The notes under the pieces: model-generated
Told to the model about the DNA's origin: nothing
What the model saw: only the letters and a program-made list of their open reading frames with translations
Databases searched by the model: none
In this document: positions 53,171 through 61,049 of the stretch, piece by piece
How the letters are laid out: each line of letters starts with the position of its first letter
Position numbering within the stretch: position 1 is the first letter of the stretch
Source of the DNA: an uncultured Gemmatimonadaceae bacterium
Lineage (GTDB): Bacteria; Gemmatimonadota; Gemmatimonadetes; Gemmatimonadales; Gemmatimonadaceae
DNA length: 64,000 bases
NCBI GenBank assembly: GCA_963822945.1
Contig: CAWGJO010000020.1
Location: forward strand, 384,001-448,000
Direction of reading: 5' to 3'
Translations under genes and position numbers: made by a program

Positions 53171-53341
53171 ATGACCGCACCGCACGACGCACACGAGTCC
53201 CACGCCGGCGACATGAAGGCCGGCTTTCTCGGACTGATCATCGGCGCCATCTGCGTGTTCGTGATCCTCTTCTCCATCGTGAAGATCACGCACAACCACT
53301 ACGCCAACGAGAAGCCCGCCGCCGCGCAGAAGGCCGGGTAA
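53171..53341 (+). CDS. Single-TM microprotein (56 aa)
   Basis: AGGAG RBS before ATG 53171; MTAPHDAHESHAGDMKAGFLGLIIGAICVFVILFSIVKITHNHY... Confidence 0.7.
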   Translation: MTAPHDAHESHAGDMKAGFLGLIIGAICVFVILFSIVKITHNHYANEKPAAAQKAG

Positions 53342-53431
53342 GCGCTGCCCGGCCGGGTTGGACGACCGGCCGGCGGCAACCCGCATCGCCGGCCGGCCGG
53401 GCCTGGCGACCGACCAAGCATCAACGGATGG

Positions 53432-53590
53432 AACTGCAATAGCACGGACCAGGCGGATGACGCGGATACTTCGCGATGCGGGCCCCAGTGGGAACGACTA
53501 AGCTGGGGCCCCTTTCATTTCCTTCATCTTGCCCCGCAGCGGTGTCCGCGCTATTCGCGTCCTCCGCGTTCATCTGCTGTTCGAGCAGTT
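53432..53590. repeat. Imperfect inverted repeat with 9-bp periodic arms enclosing a terminator-like hairpin
   Basis: AACTGC...CACGGACCA GGCGGATGA CGCGGATAC, central GGGCCCCAG/CTGGGGCCC plus CTTTCATTT, then GTGTCCGCG CTATTCGCG TCCTCCGCG...GCAGTT. Confidence 0.6.
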
Positions 53591-53723
53591 GGAACTCCTC
53601 CCGATCAAGGCCCCACCTCCGGCACTGGAGTTCGCCGCCGGGCCCCATGTGCACGCCTAACGAATCGGGCGCCGACCGGTCCATATTACGGACGTCTTCC
53701 GAACCCGAGCCCAGACCCGAACC

Positions 53724-54323
53724 ATGTCCGATCTGCCGACCCGCGAATCCGCGCTTGCCCTCATGCACGAGTACACGGCGAGCGATTCCCTTCGTAAACA
53801 CATGCTTGCGGTGGAGGCGTCCATGCGGGCCTACGCCGTCAAGTTCGGCGAAGACCCGGAGCGCTGGGGGCTGACCGGCCTCATCCACGATTTCGACTAC
53901 GAGCGCTTCCCCAACGCCGCCCACTCGGCCACCGAGGAGCACCCCGCGCACGGCGTGGGCGTGCTCCGGGAGAAGGGCTGGCCCGAGGACATCCTCCAGG
54001 CAATCCTCGGCCACGCCGATTACTGTCACGTGCCGCGCGAGACGCGGATGGCAAAGGCCTTGTTCGCCGTGGATGAACTCACGGGACTGATCACGGCCAC
54101 CGCGCTGGTGAAGCCGACGAAGAGCGTTCACGACGTGGAAGCGCGATCGGTGCGAAAGAAGATGAAGGACAAGGCGTTCGCGCGGGGGGTGAGCCGTGAG
54201 GACGTGCAACTGGGCGCGCAGGAACTGGGCGTGGAGCTGGACGATCACATCCAGTTCGTGATCGGTGCCATGCGCGGGGTGGCGCCCGAACTGGGGCTGG
54301 CCGGCCCCCCGGCCAGCTCCTGA
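53724..54323 (+). CDS. HD-domain (HDIG-type) metal-dependent phosphohydrolase
   Basis: KHMLAVE, GLIHDFDYE, HPAHG, ILGHA, AVDELTG, KDKAFARGV. Confidence 0.9.
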   Translation: MSDLPTRESALALMHEYTASDSLRKHMLAVEASMRAYAVKFGEDPERWGLTGLIHDFDYERFPNAAHSATEEHPAHGVGVLREKGWPEDILQAILGHADYCHVPRETRMAKALFAVDELTGLITATALVKPTKSVHDVEARSVRKKMKDKAFARGVSREDVQLGAQELGVELDDHIQFVIGAMRGVAPELGLAGPPASS

Positions 54324-54384
54324 CCGATGTTCAACGCCCACTTGGCGGCCCGCGTACATCGGGGTGAACAGCGAAGGGACGCCA

Positions 54385-54975
54385 ATGACCGTTGCAATCG
54401 CTCCGGTAGTGCCGCAGGTGAGGGTGCCGGTGGCTGACGTGGATCGTCCGGAGCGTGAGTTCGTGCTGGCGGCCCAACGCGGCGACCAGGATGCGTTTGC
54501 GGCCTTGGTGCGCATGCACGAACGCCGGGCGTATGCGGTCACGCGGGCCATCGTGGTGACGCACGAGGATGCGGAAGACGCGGTGCAGGAGGGATTCCTG
54601 CATGCGTACCGTGCGCTGGACCGGTTTCTGCCGGACCAGCCGTTCGGGGCCTGGCTGTATCGGATCATGGCGAATTCGGCGCTGGACCTGGTGCGGCGCC
54701 GGAAGGTCCGCGATGCCGATGAATTGACGGAGATGGTCGCGATGCCGTTTCGCGACCCGGGGGAGTCGGACGAACTGCGGACGCGCCTGTCCGAAGCGAT
54801 CGGCCACCTCACGGAACGACAGCGGTCGGTGATCGTGATGCACGATGTGGAGGGGTTCACGCACGGCGAGATCGGCAACATGCTCGGCATTCCCGAGGGG
54901 ACGGCCCGATCGGACCTGCACCATGCCCGGGCAACGTTGCGCGGGCTTCTGAAAGACGTACGGAGTGACCTATGA
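54385..54975 (+). CDS. ECF sigma-70 factor
   Basis: GDQDAFAALV, DAEDAVQEGF, FGAWLYRI, region 4 EIGNMLGIPEGTARSDLHHAR. Confidence 0.93.
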   Translation: MTVAIAPVVPQVRVPVADVDRPEREFVLAAQRGDQDAFAALVRMHERRAYAVTRAIVVTHEDAEDAVQEGFLHAYRALDRFLPDQPFGAWLYRIMANSALDLVRRRKVRDADELTEMVAMPFRDPGESDELRTRLSEAIGHLTERQRSVIVMHDVEGFTHGEIGNMLGIPEGTARSDLHHARATLRGLLKDVRSDL

Positions 54976-55334
54976 GCGACCTGCGACTGGTACACGACGA
55001 CGACGACGTCACGCGCGGTCTGCGCGCGATGTACGCCGCCCCGAGTGACGAGGCGTACTGGAGCGAGCTCGAAGCGCGGATCATGCATCGCATCTCCACG
55101 GTGGAGTTGGGATGGTGGTCGGAGTTGGATTCGTGGACCCGCCCGGCGCTGCTCGCCGCGGCGGCGCTCATCCTCGCCTGCAGTGCGGCGCTCTTCCGCG
55201 CCCACGAGGTCGAACAGGCCACCGCGTACGAAGCGCTGCTGGCGCCCGTACCCGGCCCCACCGAGGCCGTGGCGCGTCCCATGCTCCAGGACCAGCGCGA
55301 TGGCACCGTGCGCTACGTCCTGTCCCACGACTGA
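54972..55334 (+). CDS. Putative single-TM anti-sigma factor
   Basis: ATGA overlap with ECF gene; YWSELEARIM cytoplasmic helix, then one TM segment. Confidence 0.65.
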   Translation: MSDLRLVHDDDDVTRGLRAMYAAPSDEAYWSELEARIMHRISTVELGWWSELDSWTRPALLAAAALILACSAALFRAHEVEQATAYEALLAPVPGPTEAVARPMLQDQRDGTVRYVLSHD

Positions 55335-55340
55335 GGACCG

Positions 55341-55778
55341 GTGAACATGGAACGGCCTAAACGGCAGGCGCTCTTCTTCCTGCTCGGTGCGGTCCTCGTG
55401 GGTGGCGTGCTCGGCTTCTCAGCCGACCGCGTCATCCAGCGGCGCCCGCACACGTGGGCCGAGCGCACCACCATGTACGACGACATCGGACTCTCGTCCA
55501 CGCAGCGCGCCGCCGCCGACTCCATCTGGGACAACACCAACTGCGCCATGGAGCAGGTGTATCGTCCGGTGCGGCCCGTGCTGGATTCCATCCGCACGGC
55601 CAGTTGGCGGCAGTTCCGCGCCCTGCTCTCGCCGAACCAGCTCGCCCGGCTCCAGGCTCGGCTCCAGGCGGACTCCGTTCGCCGGGCCCGCGCCGATTCC
55701 ACCCGCCGTGCGCACGGTGACTCCACCGGGCGCCACGGCCGATCATCAAATTCGAGACAGGACGCCTGTAAACGATGA
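55341..55778 (+). CDS. Exported helical protein, Spy/CpxP/CnrX-like
   Basis: N-terminal hydrophobic anchor; IGLSSTQR and LLSPNQ resemble LTxxQ repeats. Confidence 0.6.
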   Translation: MNMERPKRQALFFLLGAVLVGGVLGFSADRVIQRRPHTWAERTTMYDDIGLSSTQRAAADSIWDNTNCAMEQVYRPVRPVLDSIRTASWRQFRALLSPNQLARLQARLQADSVRRARADSTRRAHGDSTGRHGRSSNSRQDACKR

Positions 55779-57076
55779 AGAAGTTCCTGCTTCTGGCGGC
55801 GTTGCCCGCCGCGTTGGCGGCGCAACAGCCCGCCGTAGATTCGCTGCACCCCATCACCCTCAAGGAAGCCATCGCCCTGGCGCAGCAGAACGCGCCCTCT
55901 GCCGTGGCCGCCGAGGGACAGATCAAGACCGCCAACTCGTCGGTCACGTCCGCCTACGCGGCGTTCATTCCGAGCCTCAACTGGTCCATGAGCCAGCGGC
56001 AGTCGAGCGGTCCGCGCCTGGGACAGGACGGCACGATCATTCAGTACCTCAATCCGTGGTCGTTCAGCGACGGCCTGAACAGCAGCCTCACCCTGTTCGA
56101 CGGCGGGCGCCGGTTTGCCGACCTCCGCACCGCCAAGGCCAGCGTGAAGTCCGCCGAGGCGAATGAGGTGGCGCAGAAGTTCAGCATCGCCCTCAACGTG
56201 AAGACGCAGTACTACAACGTCCTCGCCGCCGAGGAATCCGAATCCGCCGCACGGGCGCAGCTCGAGCAGGCGCAGGAGCAGCTCAAGGTATCCGTGGCCA
56301 AGGTCACGGCCGGTGCCGCCACGCGTTCGGACTCGCTCCGCTCGGCCATCCAGGTGAGCAACGCGCGGCTGGCGCTGCTGAACGCCCAGAACAACCGGAC
56401 CGTGGCCAGCGCCGCCCTCACCCGGCTGGTGGCCACGCCGTACCTGGTGACGGCCACGGCTTCGGATACGCTCGACCAGAGCATCGCGCCCGTGGACAGT
56501 GCCCTGCTCTCGCACCTCGCCGCGCAGGCGCCGAGCATCCGAGCCGCCCAGGCCTCGCTGACCACGGCCAAGGCCGCCTACTCCGCGAGCAAGGCCTCGT
56601 ACCTGCCCACGATCAACGTGTCGTACGGGCGCAGCGGCAGCGGCTACGACAAGTACTGGGGCATCGGCGGCGGCCGGTTGAGCTACAGCAAGAGCCTCTC
56701 ATTCTCGCTGAACTTCCCCATCTTCGACAACTGGTCTCGCGAGAGCCAGTCGGTGAGCGCCGCCGTCCAGGTCCGGAACGCCGACGCCTCCCTCCGCGAC
56801 GCCGAGCTCGCCGCCCAGCAGAGCATCGTGCAGTACTACACCAGCCTCCAGACGCTGGAAGAGCAGATCAAGATCCAGCAGCAGACCATCGCCGCCGCCG
56901 AGGAAGACCTCCGGGTCCAGCAGCAGCGGTACGCCGTTGGCGCCTCGACCCTGCTCGACGTCCTGACGTCGCAGACCGCGCTCAACCAGGCGCGCGTGCA
57001 ACTCATCCAGTACCGGCTGAACTACCGGACCACCAAGGCCCAGATCGAGCAGCTCATCGGTCGGGACCTGGAGTAA
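55775..57076 (+). CDS. TolC family outer membrane efflux protein
   Basis: Signal peptide; ITLKEAIALA, two-fold repeat, RYAVGASTLLDVL. Confidence 0.92.
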   Translation: MKKFLLLAALPAALAAQQPAVDSLHPITLKEAIALAQQNAPSAVAAEGQIKTANSSVTSAYAAFIPSLNWSMSQRQSSGPRLGQDGTIIQYLNPWSFSDGLNSSLTLFDGGRRFADLRTAKASVKSAEANEVAQKFSIALNVKTQYYNVLAAEESESAARAQLEQAQEQLKVSVAKVTAGAATRSDSLRSAIQVSNARLALLNAQNNRTVASAALTRLVATPYLVTATASDTLDQSIAPVDSALLSHLAAQAPSIRAAQASLTTAKAAYSASKASYLPTINVSYGRSGSGYDKYWGIGGGRLSYSKSLSFSLNFPIFDNWSRESQSVSAAVQVRNADASLRDAELAAQQSIVQYYTSLQTLEEQIKIQQQTIAAAEEDLRVQQQRYAVGASTLLDVLTSQTALNQARVQLIQYRLNYRTTKAQIEQLIGRDLE

Positions 57077-57102
57077 CCGACCCGGACACCCGGTTCGACC
57101 GG

Positions 57103-57145
57103 AAACGCTGGCCGGCCTCTTCAACGGGCCGGCCAGCGTTTTCTT
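57103..57145 (+). terminator. Terminator-like hairpin between tolC and the adaptor gene
   Basis: 15-bp stem AAACGCTGGCCGGCC/GGCCGGCCAGCGTTT followed by TCTT. Confidence 0.65.
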
Positions 57146-57201
57146 CAGGCCCTCCGTACTAGGGCTAGCTGTCTCAGATAACCGACTCGAGGAATGGGTT
57201 C

Positions 57202-58905
57202 GTGAAACAGATTGCCCCCCTGATCGCCCTCACGCTCCTTGCCGCTTGCAGCACCGGAAAGAACAAGCTTTCCGTCGTGCAGACGCAGACGGTCCAGCGG
57301 CGCGACATCATCGTGACGTCCGAAGCCAACGGCGCCATCGAACCGATCGTCGTGGTGGAGGTGCGTTCCAAAGCCTCCGGCATGATCACCGACATGCCTG
57401 TGGAAACGGGCACCTACGTGAAGCCGGGCGCGCTCCTCGCCCAGATCGACACGCAGACCGTGCAGAAGCAGTACCGCCAGGCGGCGGCCGACCTCAATTC
57501 GGCCCAGGCCCAGCTCGAAGTCGCCACCGCGCAGAAGAAGCGCAGCGACGAGATGCTGGCCGCCAAGGTGATCACGCCGCAGGAGAACGAGCAGGCACGG
57601 CTCACCTACGAGAGCGCGCAAGCCTCGGTGGTTCGCCAACAGGCCAACCTCGACATCGCGGCTCAGGCGCTGGCCGACGCGACGGTGCGCGCCGTCACCA
57701 ACGGCACGATCATCGAGAAGGACGTCCAGGTCGGGCAGATCATCCAGTCGTCCACCAATTCGGTGAGCGGCGGCACCACGCTGCTCAAGATGGCCGACCT
57801 CACGCACGTGCGGATGCGCGCCTACTTCAACGAAACGGACATCGGAAACATCCGCGCCAACGAGCCGGCCACGGTCACCGTCGACGCGTTTCCCGACCGC
57901 CGGTTCGAGGGCAAGGTGGAGAAGATCGAGCCCCAGGCCGTCGTCCAGCAGGGCGTGACGATGTTCCCCGTGCTCGTGAACCTCGAGAACTTCGACGGCG
58001 CACTGCGCCCCGGCATGAACGGTGAGGTCTCGGCGCTCGTCGACCAGCGTGTCGGCGTCATCGCCGTGCCGAACGACGCCCTCAAGACCACCCGTGAAGG
58101 CGTCACGGTGGCTTCGATGCTCGGCCTCAACCCCGACAGCGTGCAGGCACAGATCCGCGCCCAGATGGGCGCCGGATTCGGCGGCGCGGGTGGGCGGCGC
58201 GGCGGCGGACGCCGGGGCGGCAATGGCAGCCCCCGGGGCGCGGTCGGCAACGGGCCCGACGTGACCACCGCCGCCGGCGACGTGGCGCTCGACCCACAGC
58301 AGGCCCAGCAGCAGGGCGGACGCCGCGGCGGCTTCCAGCAGGTCGAGGTTACCGACAAGGACTGCGCCGCCATCGAGGCGGCGTACAAGAAGTTCCCCAA
58401 GGAGAAGAAACAGCTCGACGACCTGTCGGCCAAGATGCGCGACCCCGACGCCGACCGTCGTGCGATCATGACCCAGATGGAGCCGCTGTACGCGACCATG
58501 GGCATCGACCGCGCCAAGGCCGGCGCCTGCCGGCGGCGTGCGATGCAGGCGCAGGGCGGCGCCGGGACGGCAGGGGGCGCCGGCACCACGACGGGCCGGC
58601 AGGGCAGCCAGCCCACGGGCGGCCGCTCCGGCCTCAACGTGGGCGCGGCCGAACAGGGCATGACCGTCCGCCCCCGCACCGGCCTCGTCTTCGTGGCCGA
58701 CAGCAACGTCTACAAGCCACGCGTGGTCATGCTCGGCCAGAGCAACTTCGACTACACCGAAGTGCTCAGCGGGCTGAAGGAAGGCGAGCAGGTCGTGATG
58801 CTCAACGTGCTCGCCATCCAGGCGGCACGGGCACAGCAGCAGGACCGCTTCCGCCAGGTGCAGTCCTCGCCGCTGGGCGGCGGGGCGCGCGGGCGCGGCC
58901 GTTAG
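57202..58905 (+). CDS. Periplasmic adaptor (membrane fusion) lipoprotein, MacA-like, with large insertion
   Basis: Lipobox LAAC; VEVRSKASG, VKPGALLAQID, LRPGMNG, TEVLSGLKEGEQV. Confidence 0.9.
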   Translation: MKQIAPLIALTLLAACSTGKNKLSVVQTQTVQRRDIIVTSEANGAIEPIVVVEVRSKASGMITDMPVETGTYVKPGALLAQIDTQTVQKQYRQAAADLNSAQAQLEVATAQKKRSDEMLAAKVITPQENEQARLTYESAQASVVRQQANLDIAAQALADATVRAVTNGTIIEKDVQVGQIIQSSTNSVSGGTTLLKMADLTHVRMRAYFNETDIGNIRANEPATVTVDAFPDRRFEGKVEKIEPQAVVQQGVTMFPVLVNLENFDGALRPGMNGEVSALVDQRVGVIAVPNDALKTTREGVTVASMLGLNPDSVQAQIRAQMGAGFGGAGGRRGGGRRGGNGSPRGAVGNGPDVTTAAGDVALDPQQAQQQGGRRGGFQQVEVTDKDCAAIEAAYKKFPKEKKQLDDLSAKMRDPDADRRAIMTQMEPLYATMGIDRAKAGACRRRAMQAQGGAGTAGGAGTTTGRQGSQPTGGRSGLNVGAAEQGMTVRPRTGLVFVADSNVYKPRVVMLGQSNFDYTEVLSGLKEGEQVVMLNVLAIQAARAQQQDRFRQVQSSPLGGGARGRGR

Positions 58906-58921
58906 GCACGGGCGAGGACAT

Positions 58922-60148
58922 ATGCTCTTCGGCGAAATCATCAGCGTCGCGCTCAGTGCGCTGCGCGCCAACAAGCTGCGTTCGCTGCTCACGATGCTCG
59001 GCATCGTCATCGGCGTGGCCGCCGTCATCGCCATGGTGGCGCTGGGCAGCGGCGCGCAGCAGGCCGTGAAGGATCGGATCGCGTCGCTGGGCACCACGCT
59101 GCTCAGCGTCAGCCCGGGCCAGCAGCGCGGGTTCGGCGCCGCCATCGGCGGTCAACGAAAGCGCATGACCATCGAGGACGCGAAGTCGCTGGACGACGCC
59201 AACCGGCTCCCCGACGTGATCGCCGTGGAACCGGAGATGCAGAAGAGTTCCCAGGTCACCTGGACCAACCAGAACACCAACACGTCGATCATCGGCACCA
59301 CGGCCAACTACCTGACGGTACGCAACTACAAGCTGGCGTCGGGCCGCATGTTCACCGAGGCCGAGGATGCCGGACAGCGCCGGGTCGCCGTCGTGGGACC
59401 CACCGTGGCCGCGAACTTCGGCCTATCCACGCCGGACGCGCTCGTCGGTGAGGACATTCGCATCGGCGGGGTGCAGTTCACCGTCATCGGGACCACCGAG
59501 CCCAAGGGACAGGGCAGCACGTTCGGCGATCCCGACGATCAGATCCTGATCCCGATCACCACCGGCCGGTACCGCGTGTTCGGCAGCAACTGGGTGCGCT
59601 CCATCAACGTGCTCGCGTCCACCGAGGACAACATCCCGCTGGCGATGGCCGAGATCCAGAAGGCGCTACGCCGCGCGCATCGGCTGCGCGCCGACGCACC
59701 CGACGACTTCCAGATCCGCAGTCAGACCGATTTCCTCACCACCACCGCCGAGACGACGCAGGTATTCACGTATCTGCTGGCCGGCATCGCGGGCGTGAGC
59801 CTGCTGGTGGGCGGCATCGGCATCATGAACATCATGCTGGTCTCGGTCACCGAGCGCACCCGCGAGATCGGGATCCGCAAGGCGCTCGGCGCCACGCGTT
59901 CGAACATCCTGCTCCAGTTCCTCATCGAAGCGGTCGTGCTGTGCTGCCTTGGGGGGGTAGTCGGCATCGCGCTCGGCGCGGGCGGCGCACAGATCCTGAG
60001 CAAGACCGCCGGGTGGAACACACAGATCTCGTTCTCGGCCGTGGGCATCGCGTTCGGATTCTCGGCGGTGGTCGGCGTGCTCTTCGGCGTCTGGCCGGCC
60101 CGGCGGGCCTCGGTGCTCGATCCGATCGTGGCGTTGAGGTACGAATAG
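58922..60148 (+). CDS. ABC transporter permease, MacB/FtsX family (no fused ATPase)
   Basis: RSLLTMLGIVIGVAAV, GGIGIMNIMLVSVTERTREIGIRKALGA, DPIVALRYE. Confidence 0.95.
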   Translation: MLFGEIISVALSALRANKLRSLLTMLGIVIGVAAVIAMVALGSGAQQAVKDRIASLGTTLLSVSPGQQRGFGAAIGGQRKRMTIEDAKSLDDANRLPDVIAVEPEMQKSSQVTWTNQNTNTSIIGTTANYLTVRNYKLASGRMFTEAEDAGQRRVAVVGPTVAANFGLSTPDALVGEDIRIGGVQFTVIGTTEPKGQGSTFGDPDDQILIPITTGRYRVFGSNWVRSINVLASTEDNIPLAMAEIQKALRRAHRLRADAPDDFQIRSQTDFLTTTAETTQVFTYLLAGIAGVSLLVGGIGIMNIMLVSVTERTREIGIRKALGATRSNILLQFLIEAVVLCCLGGVVGIALGAGGAQILSKTAGWNTQISFSAVGIAFGFSAVVGVLFGVWPARRASVLDPIVALRYE

Positions 60149-60150
60149 GC

Positions 60151-60267
60151 CAGTCAGCAGTCGGAGGTCAGCAGTCAGCAACGGAAGAGCCCTCGGCCAG
60201 AAGCCGGGGGCTCTTTCTTCGGTTCATCCAATTACCGACGACTGTGGACAGTTGACTCTCGACCAAC
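60151..60267. repeat. Inverted 7-bp repeat arrays flanking the macB terminator
   Basis: CAGTCAG CAGTCGG AGGTCAG CAGTCAG ... GACTGTG GACAGTT GACTCTC GACCAAC. Confidence 0.7.
60185..60220 (+). terminator. Intrinsic terminator of the efflux operon
   Basis: AAGAGCCCTCGGC/GCCGGGGGCTCTT stem followed by TCTTC. Confidence 0.75.
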
Positions 60268-60269
60268 CG

Positions 60270-60330
60270 TTGACAAGATGTATCGCACGATATATCGTCC
60301 TCCACGTAACGATATATCTCTGCTATATCG
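60270..60330 (+). promoter_or_regulatory. Sigma70 promoter overlapped by four GATATATC-type operator sites
   Basis: TTGACA 60270-60275, 17-nt spacer, TATCGT 60293-60298; GATGTATC 60277, GATATATC 60289, GATATATC 60311, GCTATATC 60322. Confidence 0.8.
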
Positions 60331-60346
60331 CAGACGGAGGTGATCC

Positions 60347-60925
60347 ATGTACGACGACCGTTGCGGCGGACCTCGTCGCGCCCGCTGGGACTGGGATTCG
60401 TTCGCCGGTGGTTTCTGGGGGCGTGGAGGGCCACGGGGAAGGCATTCCCGCGGACGGATGGGCAGGATGTTCGAGCAGGGAGACCTGAAATACGTCATTC
60501 TCCAGCTGATCGACGAAAAGCCGCGCCATGGCTACGACATCATCAAGGCATTAGAGGAGCGGTCGCACGGCGCGTACTCGCCAAGCCCGGGAACCGTCTA
60601 CCCGACCCTCACCATGCTCGAAGAGATGGGCTACGCGCGCGGCACGGCGGAGGACGGGGGGAAGAAGGTCTACGAGATTACGGCCGAGGGAAAGAAGTAC
60701 CTGGAGGAGAACGCCAGCACCGTGGAATCCATCTTCGAACGGATCTCCGAAACGGTGGAGCCGTTCTTCAGCAGCTCGATGGGGGAGGTGCGCGGCGCCA
60801 TGCGTCACCTGGCTCGCAGCAGCCTGGGCACGGCCATGAAGCACGCCGAAAACAAGGAGATCCTTGGCAAGGTTGCCGAGATTCTGAATCGGGCGGCCAC
60901 GGAGATCGATGGGATCACCGGGTAG
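60347..60925 (+). CDS. PadR family transcriptional regulator (YqjI-like)
   Basis: GGAGGTGA RBS; GDLKYVIL, PRHGYDIIK, YSPSPGTVYPTL, KKVYEITAEG. Confidence 0.93.
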   Translation: MYDDRCGGPRRARWDWDSFAGGFWGRGGPRGRHSRGRMGRMFEQGDLKYVILQLIDEKPRHGYDIIKALEERSHGAYSPSPGTVYPTLTMLEEMGYARGTAEDGGKKVYEITAEGKKYLEENASTVESIFERISETVEPFFSSSMGEVRGAMRHLARSSLGTAMKHAENKEILGKVAEILNRAATEIDGITG

Positions 60926-60963
60926 CGCGCTGGACGGGCCCTGAGGGGGTGCTAGATTGAAGG

Positions 60964-60998
60964 ACGGGCCGCGAACCCTTCGCGGCCCGTTTCTTTTT
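60964..60998 (+). terminator. Intrinsic terminator of the PadR gene
   Basis: ACGGGCCGCGAA-CCC-TTCGCGGCCCGT followed by TTCTTTTT. Confidence 0.85.
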
Positions 60999-61049
60999 GG
61001 CGGGGGGCGGGCCGGTGTTCCGCCGCCCCCGGAATTCAACTGTCTTTCC

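Noticed and set aside
60999..61049. c-di-AMP (ydaO) riboswitch upstream of kup
   Set aside because: Region too short and lacks the conserved motifs
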